Part shown: in pieces, positions 25,216-38,395 of the stretch | Layout: the number at the start of each line of letters is the position of its first letter | Position numbering within the stretch: position 1 is the stretch's first letter | Source of the DNA: Podarcis erhardii | Taxonomy: Eukaryota | NCBI GenBank assembly: GCA_964252035.1 | Contig: OZ176213.1 | Strand: one strand, 5' to 3' | DNA length: 64,000 nucleotides | Made by a program: the position numbers and the translations under genes | The notes under the pieces: generated by a model | Seen by the model: only the letters and a program-made list of their open reading frames with translations | Databases searched by the model: none | What the model was told of the DNA's origin: nothing

Positions 25216-25795
25216 CTGTTTGCAGCAGGAGAGACAGTTTCAGCTCCTGAGTTTTGGACTTGCAGAAATGCTGCCCTCATTCGGATAATGCAGACGGCCA
25301 TGTCTGATGAATGAGCTTGGAGAGGCAGCCCCATTGAGAGGCAGCTTTGCATCTTGCCTAAACATGCTTGAGTCTGGGCTCTAGACACAGCCCCATAATA
25401 TCCCAGTCCTGCCCCAGGCAAGGTCACAGGAGGGGTGGCAGGGAACCCAAATATCCCCACACCTGGTCAGGATAATCTGTGCAGTCAAATTTAGCTGCAG
25501 GCAGAGAGGAAAAGAGGGAAGGCAGCCAGGTCCCTAGAAGTGGGGGAGGGAACTGGGTGCAGTCCTGAACACAGGGCTTTGCGGGAGGGTCTTTGTTTTA
25601 AGGCCTTTATCTACTCCCCTTCATAAATATTTATCCTGACGGGGCAGGAAGATGGTTTCACAAGGGATTTGTAGCTGGTTTGCCCCCAAAGTCAAGAAGC
25701 GGGCAACTTTTGCACCATGCCACTGTAGCAACTCTTAGAGATGTAATTCCATTGGTTACATTGACCCCAGGTAGGCAGGAACCCCAGAGCTTTAC

Positions 25796-25878
25796 CTCTG
25801 ACACAGTGCTCTGTTCATCAGGGTTTACTAGGATGACTGTGTCCAGGTCCTCGCTCTGGTGGTGGAGGGTCCTCTGAC
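25796..25878 (-). CDS. MAP1A: MAP1A exon 3 (GQRTLHHQSEDLDTVILVNPDEQSTVSE)
   Basis: 83 nt. Acceptor ctgtctccctag, donor GAG|gtaaag; homologous to GQRTLCHQSEILETIILVNP. Confidence 0.93.
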
Positions 25879-26645
25879 CTAGGGAGACAGTAGAAAAGGC
25901 TATGTTCAAAACAAGTGCTCATAGTCAGAGCCCAAGGGCAATGCCTTCAGAACCAGGCCATTGTGGCTATCCAGGAGAAGCTGGAAGGGCTGGCAGTTTC
26001 CAAGCTGGCTTCAGGTTTCCCTGCCCTGTTCCCGAGGAAAGTGACCTCCAGTAGAGCAGCCCAGACCAGCTACTTTTGAACTCCCAGCCCAGGGAAGCTG
26101 CAGGAAGATTCCTCGGTGAGTGGCTTCAAACAACAAATGAAAACCAAACTAGACCAATACATTTTGGCACAGGAAGTATTGCTCTGCACAGTTTATGCTA
26201 GCCATTTGGGGGGCTGACTTCAGCTTTCATTGGGACAGAAAGTGATTTGCTTTAGGGCTGAAAAACTGCTCTGGAGTCCTGCAAATTTGAGATGTGTGCT
26301 GATGAGGAAGCTTCTTCCGGCACTGCTGGATATGCAGATGTCTTTGGATGTTCAATGAGCAAGACATAAACATGCCCATAGCATGGATCTTGCAAATGCT
26401 CTCGCTTCGGGCAGCCCCTCCCCGCTCCTCAGAATTGTGCAGGCAGTTGTGAGTTTGGGAAATGAGCAGTGTGTGTGTGTGTGTGTGGTGAGGGTTCCTC
26501 ATGAGCCTGCAGTGATCCTTGCAAAAGAGATGAGCTGCCCAACCCAATACTTTCCCTGGGAGTCTGGGCTCCTGCTGCCGAGTTGTAAAACACTCCATGG
26601 GTTGAGCTCTGTGGCCAATTTAAAATGCATCCATTAAAACACACA

Positions 26646-26646
<1 letters not shown>

Positions 26647-26682
<36 letters not shown>
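26647..26682. repeat. (TG)n microsatellite
   Basis: Directly visible pure TG run. Confidence 0.95.
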
Positions 26683-26685
<3 letters not shown>

Positions 26686-28039
26686 CCCCCCCCCAGGATT
26701 TTGCACTACAGCAGCTGTTCCTGCTTGGCATCCATCGTACAGCAGCTGCTCTGGGCTCCAAGGACTGAGCTGAAGCCATGAGCTGCTCAATTCCCCTCCC
26801 CTCCCTGGCCCTTCCAGCTCTCCGTATTTCTCTATAGATGAAGATGGACAGAGGATTTTGAAAGGAGGGAGGGTGTTCTGGAAATGCTTAAAAGGAGGGA
26901 GGGTGTTCATAATATGATTTTATGACAAAAATCAAGCACACCTTTCATTCTCTAGGGTCAAGCTCTGGAAAAAATGAGTCATGCTCATTGGAAGCATGAG
27001 GCTGCTTTGCCCAGGACTGTGTGACTAGCAACCCAGGTACTCATTAAGAAGTGAATGGATATAAAAACAAATATTCCTCTGAGTCACTAAACAAGGAGGT
27101 TGAGCCAGGCCAAAGCCGAGGACCACTTCTCTCCAAAGGCCTCTGCTTAGGAAACCATCTCCTTCTCTCCCTCTGCTGCATCCCCTTCCTCTTTCCTTTC
27201 AAGGTCTCTTGGGAATGCCCCCTCACTTGCCTTGCAAAGAGGATGCAAAACCTCTTGTCAATATACATTTGCTGAGCAACGGTTCCCCCCACCCCCACTT
27301 AACTTTCTTCTGTTCCCAATTTCAAGGGACCCAGAAAGCGGTGGGAGGGGTGTGGGTGTCTTGCCACTGAACCTGCAGCATTTCATGGATTGCAGGCACC
27401 GCAGAGGAGGATGCTCACCACACTGCCACTGGTCCTCTCCCACTGAAGCCCAGCAGGGAGCATTTCTGGTTGGCCTTGGCCTCTGTGCCTGGTCACCTGC
27501 ACCAACTTCAGACTAAGCCTTCAAGGACATAGCTGGCCACCAGAGAGCACCCTGCCTGCCTCCAACCCTCTGTGGGCCTGCCCAGCTGCTGGCTGCTGCT
27601 GCAGCAATTCATGTCAGTAATCTCTCCCAGGAAAACAAAGCTTGGCTGCTTAGTATTCTGCTTGCATCAGAGGATTTCCTCTGTTCACAGTTGATACTGC
27701 AAGAAGTGGGCAGGGGAAGGAGGCAGGCCAGGCAGGGGCGTGGAGAAGCCACTGGGTCAAGGACAGGTCTCCAGGAGATGGCAGCCTCTTGTTTGCTGGC
27801 CTTCCCACCCACCCACCCCATCTCCCCTCCCCAGCAGATTCCAGAGGCCTCTGCAGAACTCCTGGCTGCTTTCATCATCTCCTGGTACCTGCAGCTTGCA
27901 GCCCATCTCTCCATCTGACAAATGCAAATGAGTTGGCCTGCTTACAAATATGGACCAAACGAGGTTCTCCAATGCCCCAGTAGGCAGAGGAAGCTGTAAA
28001 TGCCTCACAACCTGGTTTCAAGGCTGTCTGTGTAAAGCT

Positions 28040-28830
28040 CCCCTGCAACACCTTTCAGGCCAAAGCTCTTCCAGGCAGCTTGCAAAAGATCTTTAAACCA
28101 TAAAGCAGTTTTTAAAATATAAAGGAAAGAATCCAGTTACAAAAACTAAAAACAGCAGCAGGGTAAAACCCACCTCACCACACTTCTAACAGAATGCAAT
28201 CTGAAACAAGTAAGTTTTAAAGTCTCTTTTTAAAATGAACAAAGATGTGGCCATGCAGACTTCTTTTGAGCAAGAATTCCAAAGATCCGGAGCCACTCCT
28301 AAAAAGGCCTCATCTCTAATGCCTGTTAGCCTGCTGTATCTGGCCACGAGCCTGCAAGGAAGGCTTCTGGGGCCCAGGCAGCTTCATATGCAGGTGGTCC
28401 ATCAAATAAAACCAACATTCAAACCATTTAGGGATGGAAAGGTCCAGATTAGCATTTTAAATTGAGCCCAGAAGCAAATCAGAGCTAAAGGCATCTGGTA
28501 TGTAGTAGTGGTGACTTATTTATTTATATTTTTAAAAAAGTAATTCTAAACTACTTAATATTTCAAAAATCTATAAATAATGTACGTTATATACAATATA
28601 AAAACTAAAATACAGCCAATAAGACAATCTAAACACCTATAAAAGTAAATCAAGCAGAAACTTAGGGGGTTCATACCCATAAAACAGGGTCCAAACCTAT
28701 TGATCAAGGAAAGCCTAGGCTGCTTCTATGCTTTTTTATGCTCTCCTCCACATGCATTCCGTTTCACGTGAAGTCTCTCTAGGCAGCCCCACATGGAGTG
28801 CATTACAGCAGTCTAGTCATCTACTATAAC
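28040..28830 (-). mobile_element. Decayed L2 3' region
   Basis: Reverse complement includes a LDYCNALxVGLP-type motif (gcagccccacatggagtgcattacagcagtctag) and an L2-like 3'UTR. Confidence 0.55.
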
Positions 28831-29989
28831 ATATTCTGCACTGGGGTCCCTTGGAAGAGTTTGATCAACCAATCTAAAGAAATCTAAGGGAACTGGAAAT
28901 CTGACATCTCCTCAATACCCTGCCTGGCCCTTGAGACATGGTCACCAGATCAAGACGTTAGATGGCGCTAGAGCTCTGGACTAAGCTATGCATACTGTGG
29001 CTGGGAGTTCTTTGCATCCTCCCTGCCCATAGTTAAATTTATTGCAAGAAAACCCCAGCCCCACCTCTACTTCTGCCTTCAAACACCCATGCAAATGGGG
29101 GAGGGTTCCACTCTTGCCCTTTGGAGAGGGGGCAGACTAGAAGCTGGGCAAGGAGAAAACCCTTGGCCCTGCAAGTGGGCAGGAACTCCTCTCCTTGTGG
29201 CTGACAATGTGTGCCAGGCCAATGGCTCCAGCAGGGCCAGACAAAGCACAAAGCCATCATCTGTTCTGGATTCCTGCATACCATTCTGATGGCTGCTGGG
29301 ATTTGGCTCTGTGGCCGACCATGTGAAAAAAAAGAGAGTGTTTGACCCTGGAGGGGGGCAGTTTTGCCATCATCCATTCACTTCTTGGCACTGCCCAGAA
29401 ACCTGTGGGGCTCAACTGATGAGCCCCCACTCTTTTTCCAGGAAGATGTCCACTCCTTTTCTGATTCTGCTGGTGGTGGCCTGCTTTTGCAGCAGTTCAC
29501 AGCAACTAGACCTACCTGTAGGATGACCTGTCAGTAGCTGATGGGTCAAAGAGAACTAGAAAAACAAGAGTCACCCACCCCCAAATGCCTAGGAATCTCT
29601 GACTGTGATGGGTGCAGTGATGTCAGCTTTGCAAGGCGGATGGGTGGCACCCACACAGAGGAGGGAGCGCAGACGCAAGGTGGGTGACCTAGTGAGCCTT
29701 CAGGTAATGTTTTGTAGATGGAGCCACTCAACTCCTGCAGTCCCCATCTGACTCATCTCCTTGCATTTGAACAATTCTGATCCTAAAGGAGGGGCTGCAT
29801 CTGGACTAGATTTTTTTAACTTGTTCATTAATAAACTGCTCAGAGAAGTCATGCAAGCTTTGGGGATTTGATGCTACTGAGATGCGGGTGACCCCCAACT
29901 CTATATTTCCTTCCCATCTAAATCCATTCTCCCCCCCAACTCCTACATTAGCATTTGCAGTTAGCATTGGATCAGAAAAGGGCTAACAA

Positions 29990-30180
29990 AATGATGCTTA
30001 ATCCCAGCAAGACAGATGTTTTCCTAGTCACAGAATGGCAGCTCAGGGAATGGGGATTCAGTCTGCCTTGGCTGAAGCTGCATCCCCCTTGAAAGCTCAG
30101 GTTTGCAGCTTGGAATGCTCCTGGATCCAGCCTTGGACACAGATGTCCAGGTCCTGGTGATGTCCAGGAGCAGCTCTGCT
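29990..30180 (+). mobile_element. L2 LINE RT fragment
   Basis: LNPSKT...LPLKAQVCSLGMLLDP-like, resembling the squamate L2 ORF2. Confidence 0.6.
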
Positions 30181-30234
30181 CAGGTGAGATCAGTGGGCCA
30201 ATTGCATATGGTGAATTCCTTTTGATGGATCTTT

Positions 30235-30551
30235 AGGAAAGTGGGGGGGGGATCTCCCTATATTGTAATGACTTGGTGCAACCACACTTGGAATATTGTG
30301 TACTGTTCTGGTTTATGTACCTCAAAAAGGCTATTGTAGAGCTGGAAAAGGTGCAGAAATGGGCAACCCAAACGAAGGAGGGAAGGGGTTGGCACAACTC
30401 CCCTATACAGAAAGGTGACATAGTTTATGGGGTGTTCTGCCCAAGTGATCCATTGAAATGAATAAACCTAAGGTAGTCATGTTTAATAATGTCAACCTTC
30501 TAAGTCTTTTTAGTTTAAGAAAAGGGTAAGCAGTGTGTGTGTTGGGGTGGG

Positions 30552-30599
<48 letters not shown>

Positions 30600-30830
30600 T
30601 GCTAAACAGATATAAAATTCAGCATGGTATGGGCAAAATTAGATACACAGAAGTTTTTCTCCCTTTCTCATGATAGTAGAAACCAGTGGGGTCATTCAAT
30701 AAGGCTGAATGTTGGATGATTCAGGACAGACAAAAGGAAGGACTTTCCCCCAAAATATATAGTGGAGCCATGGAATTTGATGTCCCAAGATGTTCACCAA
30801 TGTAGATGGCACTGAAGGAGAATTATTAAA
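30235..30830 (+). mobile_element. CR1 LINE fragments (RT C-terminus and 3' region, split by a (GA)n microsatellite)
   Basis: VQPHLEYCVLFW...KKAIVELEKVQKWAT resembles CR1 RPHLEYCVQFW...LEKVQKRAT. Confidence 0.75.
30554..30597. repeat. (GA)n microsatellite
   Basis: Directly visible pure GA run. Confidence 0.95.
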
Positions 30831-32949
30831 CAAATCCATGAATGCTCTTTATGGCTACCAGTCAGGCTAGCTGTACACAAACCTTCATGATCAAAAGATT
30901 TTGAATACCTGGGGCTGGACCTCTGAGAAACAAGATGCTGGCCTAGACATCTTATGTGCTTGTAACTCCATTTAAAGTTTTAAAATTTTAATTCTCCTCA
31001 GTTGGCGGCAAAATACAAAACTATTTTTTGGCTTTAGGAACAAAACCCAGTTCTAGTACTTTATCATATACTTAGGGAAAGTCTCCCTTTCTTTCTTTTC
31101 CGCGCAGTCTTTCAAGGTAGCTACGAGCATTTTAAGAGGGTACATCTTCTTGGAGGGCATTTGGAGGAGAGGCCCGATTGCTGCTATTAAATGTTGCTTA
31201 GTGATTTGTTGTTCTTTTAATGGACTGTGTTTTTTATGGATTCTTATTTACTTGTTCTATTGGGAATTACTCTCTAGCTTAGGGAAATAATACAAAGTTT
31301 TTAAAAATACCATGAAGAAAGCAGCCTTAAAATGATCAAGTACAGGAAATGAGTCTCTCCTCCAGAACTCCATGAGGTGTGCCTTTGGGAATGCAAAATT
31401 ATTTGCATCTGGAGTGCAAAATCCACTCCAAAATTTGCATAGCAGGTTGGCCTCCTACACTGGGTCTACTCTGGCTACTTTGGAACTGCAGTGGAAGCAG
31501 TTGCCTTATACAGAACCAGACCAATGGGGTCCATCAAACTCAGTTTTTTATACACTGACTGGCAGCAATGAGACTCCAGGATGTCAGGGGACATTCCCAG
31601 GTCTGACTGGAGGTGTCATCAAGGACTAAGCCTGGGACCTTTTGCAGACAAAGGAGGTGATCTAAGGACTGAGACACTACCACCCTTCACCCTTCAGAGC
31701 TGGAGAAGCAGGCAAGTGTTTCTGGATGCAAACTCTGGCTGTATCCTTCTGCATAACTAACCTAGTCCTTACCCTCAGAGGTAATTTTACTGTACCTTGG
31801 CCTTTATGTCTGAAGGAAGATTTAAGAATTCAGTCCTACACACACTTACCTGGAAGTAAGTTCCAGATAACTCAATGTGGCTTACTTCTGAGTAGCCAAG
31901 CCTAGGGTTGCAACCAGGCCTCCCGGCTCCCTGTAATGCCCTGCAGCCTTTGGCAATCAAATTGATTTTCGTCTCTAGTGTTGAAGCGTTTGCAATGGAT
32001 GGCCACAGGATGCCACTGGAAGCTTCTGCATGAGGAAGCAGCATCCCCACCCCAAGATCTGGCTTCCATTCCACTGTGCCTGATAAAGAGGGTTGTATGA
32101 CTCAAAAGCCTGTATCTCCTCCATACCAGCCAGCTGATCCAATAAAGATAATGCCTTGCTTAGGGCACAATCCAGTCAAAGCTAAGCACCTTTAAGCCCC
32201 ACTGATTTGTTCTTAGACAGATGTTCCAGTAGCTTCAGATAGTGACTTTCACAGATTGTCCACATGCAGGAAGAAAAGCCTTCCATCAGCAGGAGGCTTC
32301 TGGGGCCTCCTTTCTTTGGCTCAGCCAGGATGGTCCAGGCCAGACAAAAGGAAGGACTCCTTCACACAGCAGCACAGAGTTAAACCCTGAAATTCACTCC
32401 TAGGGGAGGCAGTGATGGTGGCCACAAATGGGGAAAACTTGAAAAGAGGAGTGGACAACTTCATGGAGGGGGATAAGGTTACCAATTAGTGCAAGCAAAA
32501 TGGCTGTGTTCCCCCTCCAGGGTCAGGATGCTGAGGAAATGTGGAGGAGCACTGTGCTCTTGTCCTGCTTTTGAGCTTCCCCTTGAGGCATCTGCTTGGC
32601 CACTGTGAGAACAGAGTACAGTACCAGCTGAGCCCCCTTAGGCCTGATCTTGCAGCTGCAGGGCTCCTCTAAAGTGCTTAGGACCCTTGATGTGGGAAGG
32701 GGCTTCCAAGAGGCAGTGGGACTGGGGTGGGTCAGAGAGAGAGAGAGAGCTTGACCTGACTGGCAGACAAGATGATGCTTGGCACTCAGTCCGGCCTCAG
32801 CCCCAGCAGCACCCTGCTGCTGGCATCCTCACTGGCACCAGACGGTGGGGCACCCATGTTGGAAGAAGAGGGGGAACTCCACAGGACTAAGCTGAGACAT
32901 CTAAGCAACAACGCAGGGAACGACGGGGGCTGGGCAAGCAGGCCAGAAG

Positions 32950-33960
32950 AAAGCATGTGCGGGGGGGGGGCAGCCCATCCCCTCGGGCAGTGCTTTTTTC
33001 CAATCCATCGAGGGCATCTCCGGCAGCGTTCAAGAGCTCTTGGAGAACATCCCCCCTCCCGCACCGCTTCTGGAAGCATCGGTGTCTGAGAAGGCGGGGG
33101 CTGGTCCCGGAGGAGGCGTGCTCCCAAGGGGTCCCGCAGGCCGGAGGCCGCCAAGCTGACTCCCTGCGCCCCCCCACCCCCACCCCACGCGGCACTTGGA
33201 GCAGGCGGGCGCCAGCTGCAAAATTTGCCGCAGTGTGCGCGCCTCGCGTGCGCGCTCAAGAGCCTCCGCCACCGCGTCCCCCCTCCCCGGCAAAGGCGAA
33301 AGGGGGCGCTGGCCGGACCCTTTCCCGGAGGCCTTGGTGGGCAGGCTAGCCAACCAGCCTGCGAGCTGCCCCCTCCGTAGCAAAAGTACCAGCGCCTCCG
33401 CCTTCCAGTCCCAGGAGGGCTAGCTGGCCCATCTGCCCAAGACCAGTCCCCCCCCCCGGGCAGGGATACCCCTCGGGGCACGTCCCCGCGGGGGGAAGCA
33501 ATGAAGCCGGGGTGGGGGGGAAGCGGGCAGCAGCTGCGGACGAGGATGCTGCTGCGCCCCCTCCCTCCTCTCCTCCCTCCGCTCCCTTCCGGAGGTCGGG
33601 CATGCGGGGTGCAGCCCCCCTTCCGTCCCCCGACGGGCCTCCTCTCGGCCCGTGCGATGCGCGGAGGGCTCTGGCCACCCTCGTCCTCCCAGGATCCCAC
33701 CCCTCTGGCCGGCCGCGGCCGGTCCCATCCCCGCTCCCCCCACCCCATGCACGTACCCGGTGAGGTGGCGACGCGTCCCTCCGCCCTCGGCTGCCCTCCA
33801 CGACGATGCCGGCTGGGCCTGGGCTGCGCCAGGCAGCTGCTGTCAGTGCAAAGCGGCGGCGGCGAAGTGGGGGGGGGGAGGAGGAGGGGGCGGAGCTGCT
33901 CCCCCCCCCCGCTCCGGCAGCCTTAACCCCTCGTGAGCCGCGGCAAGGCCCAAGGCCTCC
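32950..33960 (-). promoter_or_regulatory. MAP1A: Internal CpG island in MAP1A intron 2; probable alternative promoter/first exon
   Basis: Isolated CpG-rich island between exons 2 and 3. Candidate donor CCGG|gtacgt at 33757/33756; NRF1-like GCGC repeats at 33234-33257. Confidence 0.6.
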
Positions 33961-36900
33961 GAACTGCCCAAGCGCACGACTGAGCAGGAAAGGGGCAAGA
34001 GAGGGCTGGAAGTGGGGGGCGTTGCACGGCTCTTCCCCAGGACGGGAGCTCGCTCAGGTTGTGGATGCAAAAGGAGCCACTCCACTTCCCTCCTGCAAGA
34101 CCTGGGGAAGGGGAGCCCGCAAGTGCTGTTCTAGAGGATGCATCAAGTCGTCTCCAAATTAAGTCCCGTTGTTTCCAATGGGGCTTCCTCCCAAGTCACC
34201 GAAACGGGCTGCTGTGAAAATGGAAGAGAAGCCAGATTCCCTGGAAAATGTGGGGAGCTGTTTCCACACAAGAAAATGATGTCCATCTGCGGAGAGAATT
34301 ATTTTTTTGTGCGGAGCAGGATTTGGCATGCCTGAGTTGAGCCCCCATTTGGATGTGCTTTAGCATACATCCAGTGTCACCATTTGGTGCCCAAAGGGAA
34401 CCACAACAGGAGGCATCCTCCCATCATTAAACCATGCTTGGTCGGCATCTTGGGCCTGGAAATGAACATACAGATCCCATATGATTAAGAGAACCGAAAT
34501 GAATTACAGGTCCTCTTAACTCCAGTTGCTGCCCGGAGGGTCTGCTAAGCTCTGCCAGGATGGTCATAAATAAAAAGACAAGAGAGATGGGAGGAGTTCG
34601 GGGGCTTGAAGCAAGAAGTTCCACTTCCGTGGCTAGGAAGTCACTCTGGCCTGGGAGTGCTGTTCATGGCTGTTGGAAGGATTTGCTGGCCTGGAAGGAA
34701 GCGGAGGGGTTGCCACATTCAGAGCAATTGGCAACAGGAAGCCTTTCAATTGGCCAGGCCTAGTATGTGCTTGGCCACTCCTGGTATAGCTTCTGCCTGT
34801 CAAGCCCAACTCAAACCTGGTCTAAATTAAGGTATCTAGGGAGATGTCCAACCTGGTCCAGGCAAGGGATGCATTTAGTGGACTAGTTCTGCTAAGGTTA
34901 ACAAGAACAGGAAAGCAGTTAAAATGTTGCTGTTCTTACTGATTAATTAATTTACATGTAGCACCACCATTAAGAAATCACCATTAAAAAACACTAATTC
35001 TTAATGCTGCCATTTCTGAGGTCTTATTCTTCTTTTGTGTAGAGGCTGGCCTGCTCATCTTACTCAAGATGTGGAAGATCAGATATTGTCCCAGAATATC
35101 TCTAGCAGTGGCAAACACACTTGAGTTGTGCTTCTCTGTCCAGCACTGAGAAAGCTGAACAGGGAGACTGGGACATCATCTCCATCAGTATAATGTATTC
35201 CAGCAAATGCAGCAAAACTCCAGGAAATTAAGACATCTACAGAACAGGATATCCAGCTGATTCCTGACAGATGACCAGCACATAAAAACTTGGTGCCTGT
35301 GAGGGTAGAGGTGTGATTTTCAGCTTGGGAAATACAATTGTGTCTTAGAAGGGCTTTGTATATAATGGAATTCCAGCCTCTTCATGCAAGAGAGTAATAG
35401 GGAAAATTTCATGCCTCACCTACAGGAGTTGACAGGTGCCTATAACTGACTTGGAAGTGCATGTACTGAGCTGCAATGAGTACACAATCCAGGGAGGTTC
35501 TATATGGAAGCGTGTGATACTGGCTTATCTCATAAGAAACAACAATTGCAAAAAATATTACTACTCCCCAATAAACATTGTATAGGTGTGTCATCCTCCT
35601 TCCCTCTCTTTGCAAAGATCAGGGGTGAGTACAGATCTGCATGAAGGCAAAACAGCACCATCCACTAGGGATGGGTGGGTATCATTATTTCAGTTTATTA
35701 GTTTTCCAGTCTTAAATTCAGATTTCAGATTGCTTCATATCCACGGAACCTGTGGTCACGGAACCTGTGGTCAGTTGGCAAATAAGGCATAAGGAGAGTA
35801 GGAGGTGGGCAGCTTGGCCTCTGTGCTGCTGTCTCCTCCTCCAGTCTCTCTTGATCCATTTCACTCCACTTTTTCCAGCAAAAGAGAGACACCCAGATAC
35901 AGAAAAGAAAGAGATGACCATTGTGTTGATAGGCTAAATTGCTCGAGGGATGTAAGTAAGAGTGACCTATAGAAATTAATGGAGAAGTCCAATATTTTAA
36001 TATAGATAGATTTGGGCAGCAGTGTGTCCATCCACCCTCCAAAAAAATGTTAGAGCAGAAACTCTTTCCTTTATTGCAAATTCATTTCTTATTTAGTGTG
36101 AAACATTTTTAAATTATCCCTGCTAATACAAACTCCAAAGCAAATATTGTTCATTAACCCCTTGGCAGGGGTTGTGGCTAGCAGGGAGTGGCAGCGCAGC
36201 TCACACTGAATCCTACGGTTTCCAAAAATAGGGGTCTAATACTTGTCCACAGCTGTTAGGCCCCTGTTGCAGGTTGGGTGGAAGCTGAGAGTGCAGCTTA
36301 CACTTTTGCCATGATATCCATCATTTTATGCTTGCATTGCAGATTGAGCTGGGAAGCATTAAAACAAGGAGCAGCTCACTGTTATACCCCTATTGCTGAC
36401 TGGAAGACTGTGGCAGGACAGAGTAGTGTATGGCAGACCTTCAATGCTCTTAATATTTCAGGTCACCAGCAGGGCTGAGACAGATTTGGATTCTCATATT
36501 TGTCAGGTTGCAGCAAATCTGTGATACACTCAGCTCTCCATCGTGGCCTAGCCAAGCACTCGGCTGCATGGAGAAGATGTGGGACATTAGCAGCCAAACC
36601 TTAGAAATACATATTCTTGTTAGTTAGCATGAGAAGGGGCTAACACCACAGAGCTGTATTGTTGACAGGCAGATGCTCAGACCATAGAAATACAATTGGT
36701 AGACATTTCCCCCTCCTCTGCTGTAGAAGGCGCATGTAGCATTTCCTGCTTCTTCCTCCCTCCCTTTCTTTCTTTGACAAGCGTTGGATACATACAAAGC
36801 TTTGGGCACATGGCTGAGGCTGGTTATACTGTAGATATGAATACATGTTTTACCTGCATAGTTTTTACTGCTGCCTTTACTGTGAACCAGTGGAAGGTTA

Positions 36901-37064
36901 TAAAGTAAGTAAATCTTGTTTTAAACTTACTTTACAAGTTGTTTCTTGATTCTTTGTTAAGTGGGGTAAGAAACAGAAAACCAGGTTATTTCATAGCTGA
37001 ACTTGCTCAAAAGTAGGCTTTACTGTGGACTTTAAAAGTAGGCATTAAAGTAGACCCTCCTTCT

Positions 37065-37150
37065 ATGGAGCTTTTTAAGCAGAGGTTGGATGACCATCTG
37101 TCATGGATGACCCTTGGGATTCCTTCCAACTCTACAATTCTATGATTCTA
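37065..37150 (+). mobile_element. CR1 3' terminus
   Basis: ccttccaactctacaattctatgattct, the CR1 (ATTCTRTG)n tail. Confidence 0.75.
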
Positions 37151-38395
37151 CAGCCTAATTCTTATGCTTTAAATTTTTGCTGCCAAGGATGGGATTTTAA
37201 AACTCTGTTCAACCTACACACGTGGGAGCCAGAAGGGATAAATTGCAGTTAATATATACTCTCCTACCCATAAAACTCATCCTACAGAAGCCTCCTGTTC
37301 CATTGACTTGCATGGAGACTTTGAAATGTTAAAGAGGTGATGACACATGAGCTGAAATCTCCAGGGATCTTGCAGCCCAGAACCTTAGAAGCAAGATTGA
37401 GCTCTGTGTAGATCTAGCCATGAACCAAAGGCCAGGATACCATGGGTAATGAGCTGCACACAAACTCCTGACTCTCTTGCTATCCTTCCATGAAGGGAAA
37501 GCACCAGGAGACAGGCCTGTTTACATCTTTTCCTGCATCTCTGACTTCTTGCATTCTTCAGGGTTGTCCCGCCTTGCTTTAAACAAGCTGCTTCCCCAAT
37601 TCTTTCGTCATCACTGACCATGGTTGCATGTAAAGAAGTGGATGTCAGTCACCAGAGCTTAGAAAAATAAATGAGACGTCAACAAAGAGTGTTGTGGCAG
37701 TGCACACTCTTGGAAGTGCAACACTCTTTGTTGACATCTCTTTCTTTCTTAGTTCAGGTTGCTCTTTGAGATGTAGTAACAGCCTTCCATGAATTAACTC
37801 CTGTGGTTTTGAAGTCTCTTTTCCATGGCTACCTCTTCTCAGGTTTCTCCTTCCGTTTGGAGACCTGATAGTTCTCTGTTCTCAGCCTCCTCCCTTTTGA
37901 TTCTTCTAGGCTACCTCTATGGTGTTATGCTGATGATATCTAAATTGATCTTTCCACCCTTCTCTCTTTATTCCTACAAGGCCAAAGGCCTTTTGGCACC
38001 ATCCTGAAGGATGCCCAATTTCAGGCTGCATCTTGGGGCAGGGAGAGCACTGACCAGGGCAGCAGCTTCAGCTTTATTTAAAAAAAGAAAAAGAAAAAGA
38101 AAAAAAGAATAGTTGTAGGCAGTGCTATTTTTCTAGAAAAAGAGGTGCTGGAACTCACCAGGAACACCTCCCCTTGTTCTCTTATAATGGCAATGGGCCC
38201 ACCTGAGAGGTGCCAGAACTGAGCACTAGTTGTAGGAGATGTTGGCTCAGAAGAAGCTGCCAACACCCTGCTTCCGTCTCCTCAGGATGCCTACCATGAC
38301 CCTGAACCCAAGCCGTTACCAGGAATCTTGAAGCAGAAGTGGAGAAGCCTGCTGCACCAGGCATAGCAGGAATACAAACAGAAAAGGGGCTTAAC

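Noticed and set aside
31840-31890. Perfect minus-strand donor CAG|GTAAGT in MAP1A intron 2
   Set aside because: Part of a common palindromic squamate repeat (cttacctggaagtaag...cttacttc); no matching acceptor seen.
32786-33936. Multiple overlapping ORFs at the internal CpG island (also at 46887-48297)
   Set aside because: Stop-codon scarcity in very GC-rich DNA; no homology or coherent exon structure apart from MAP1A exon 1.
35744-35775. Short tandem duplications (also about 26865-26905, 50140-50175, 57065-57100)
   Set aside because: Ordinary 15-20 bp slippage duplications in introns or repeats with no further structure.
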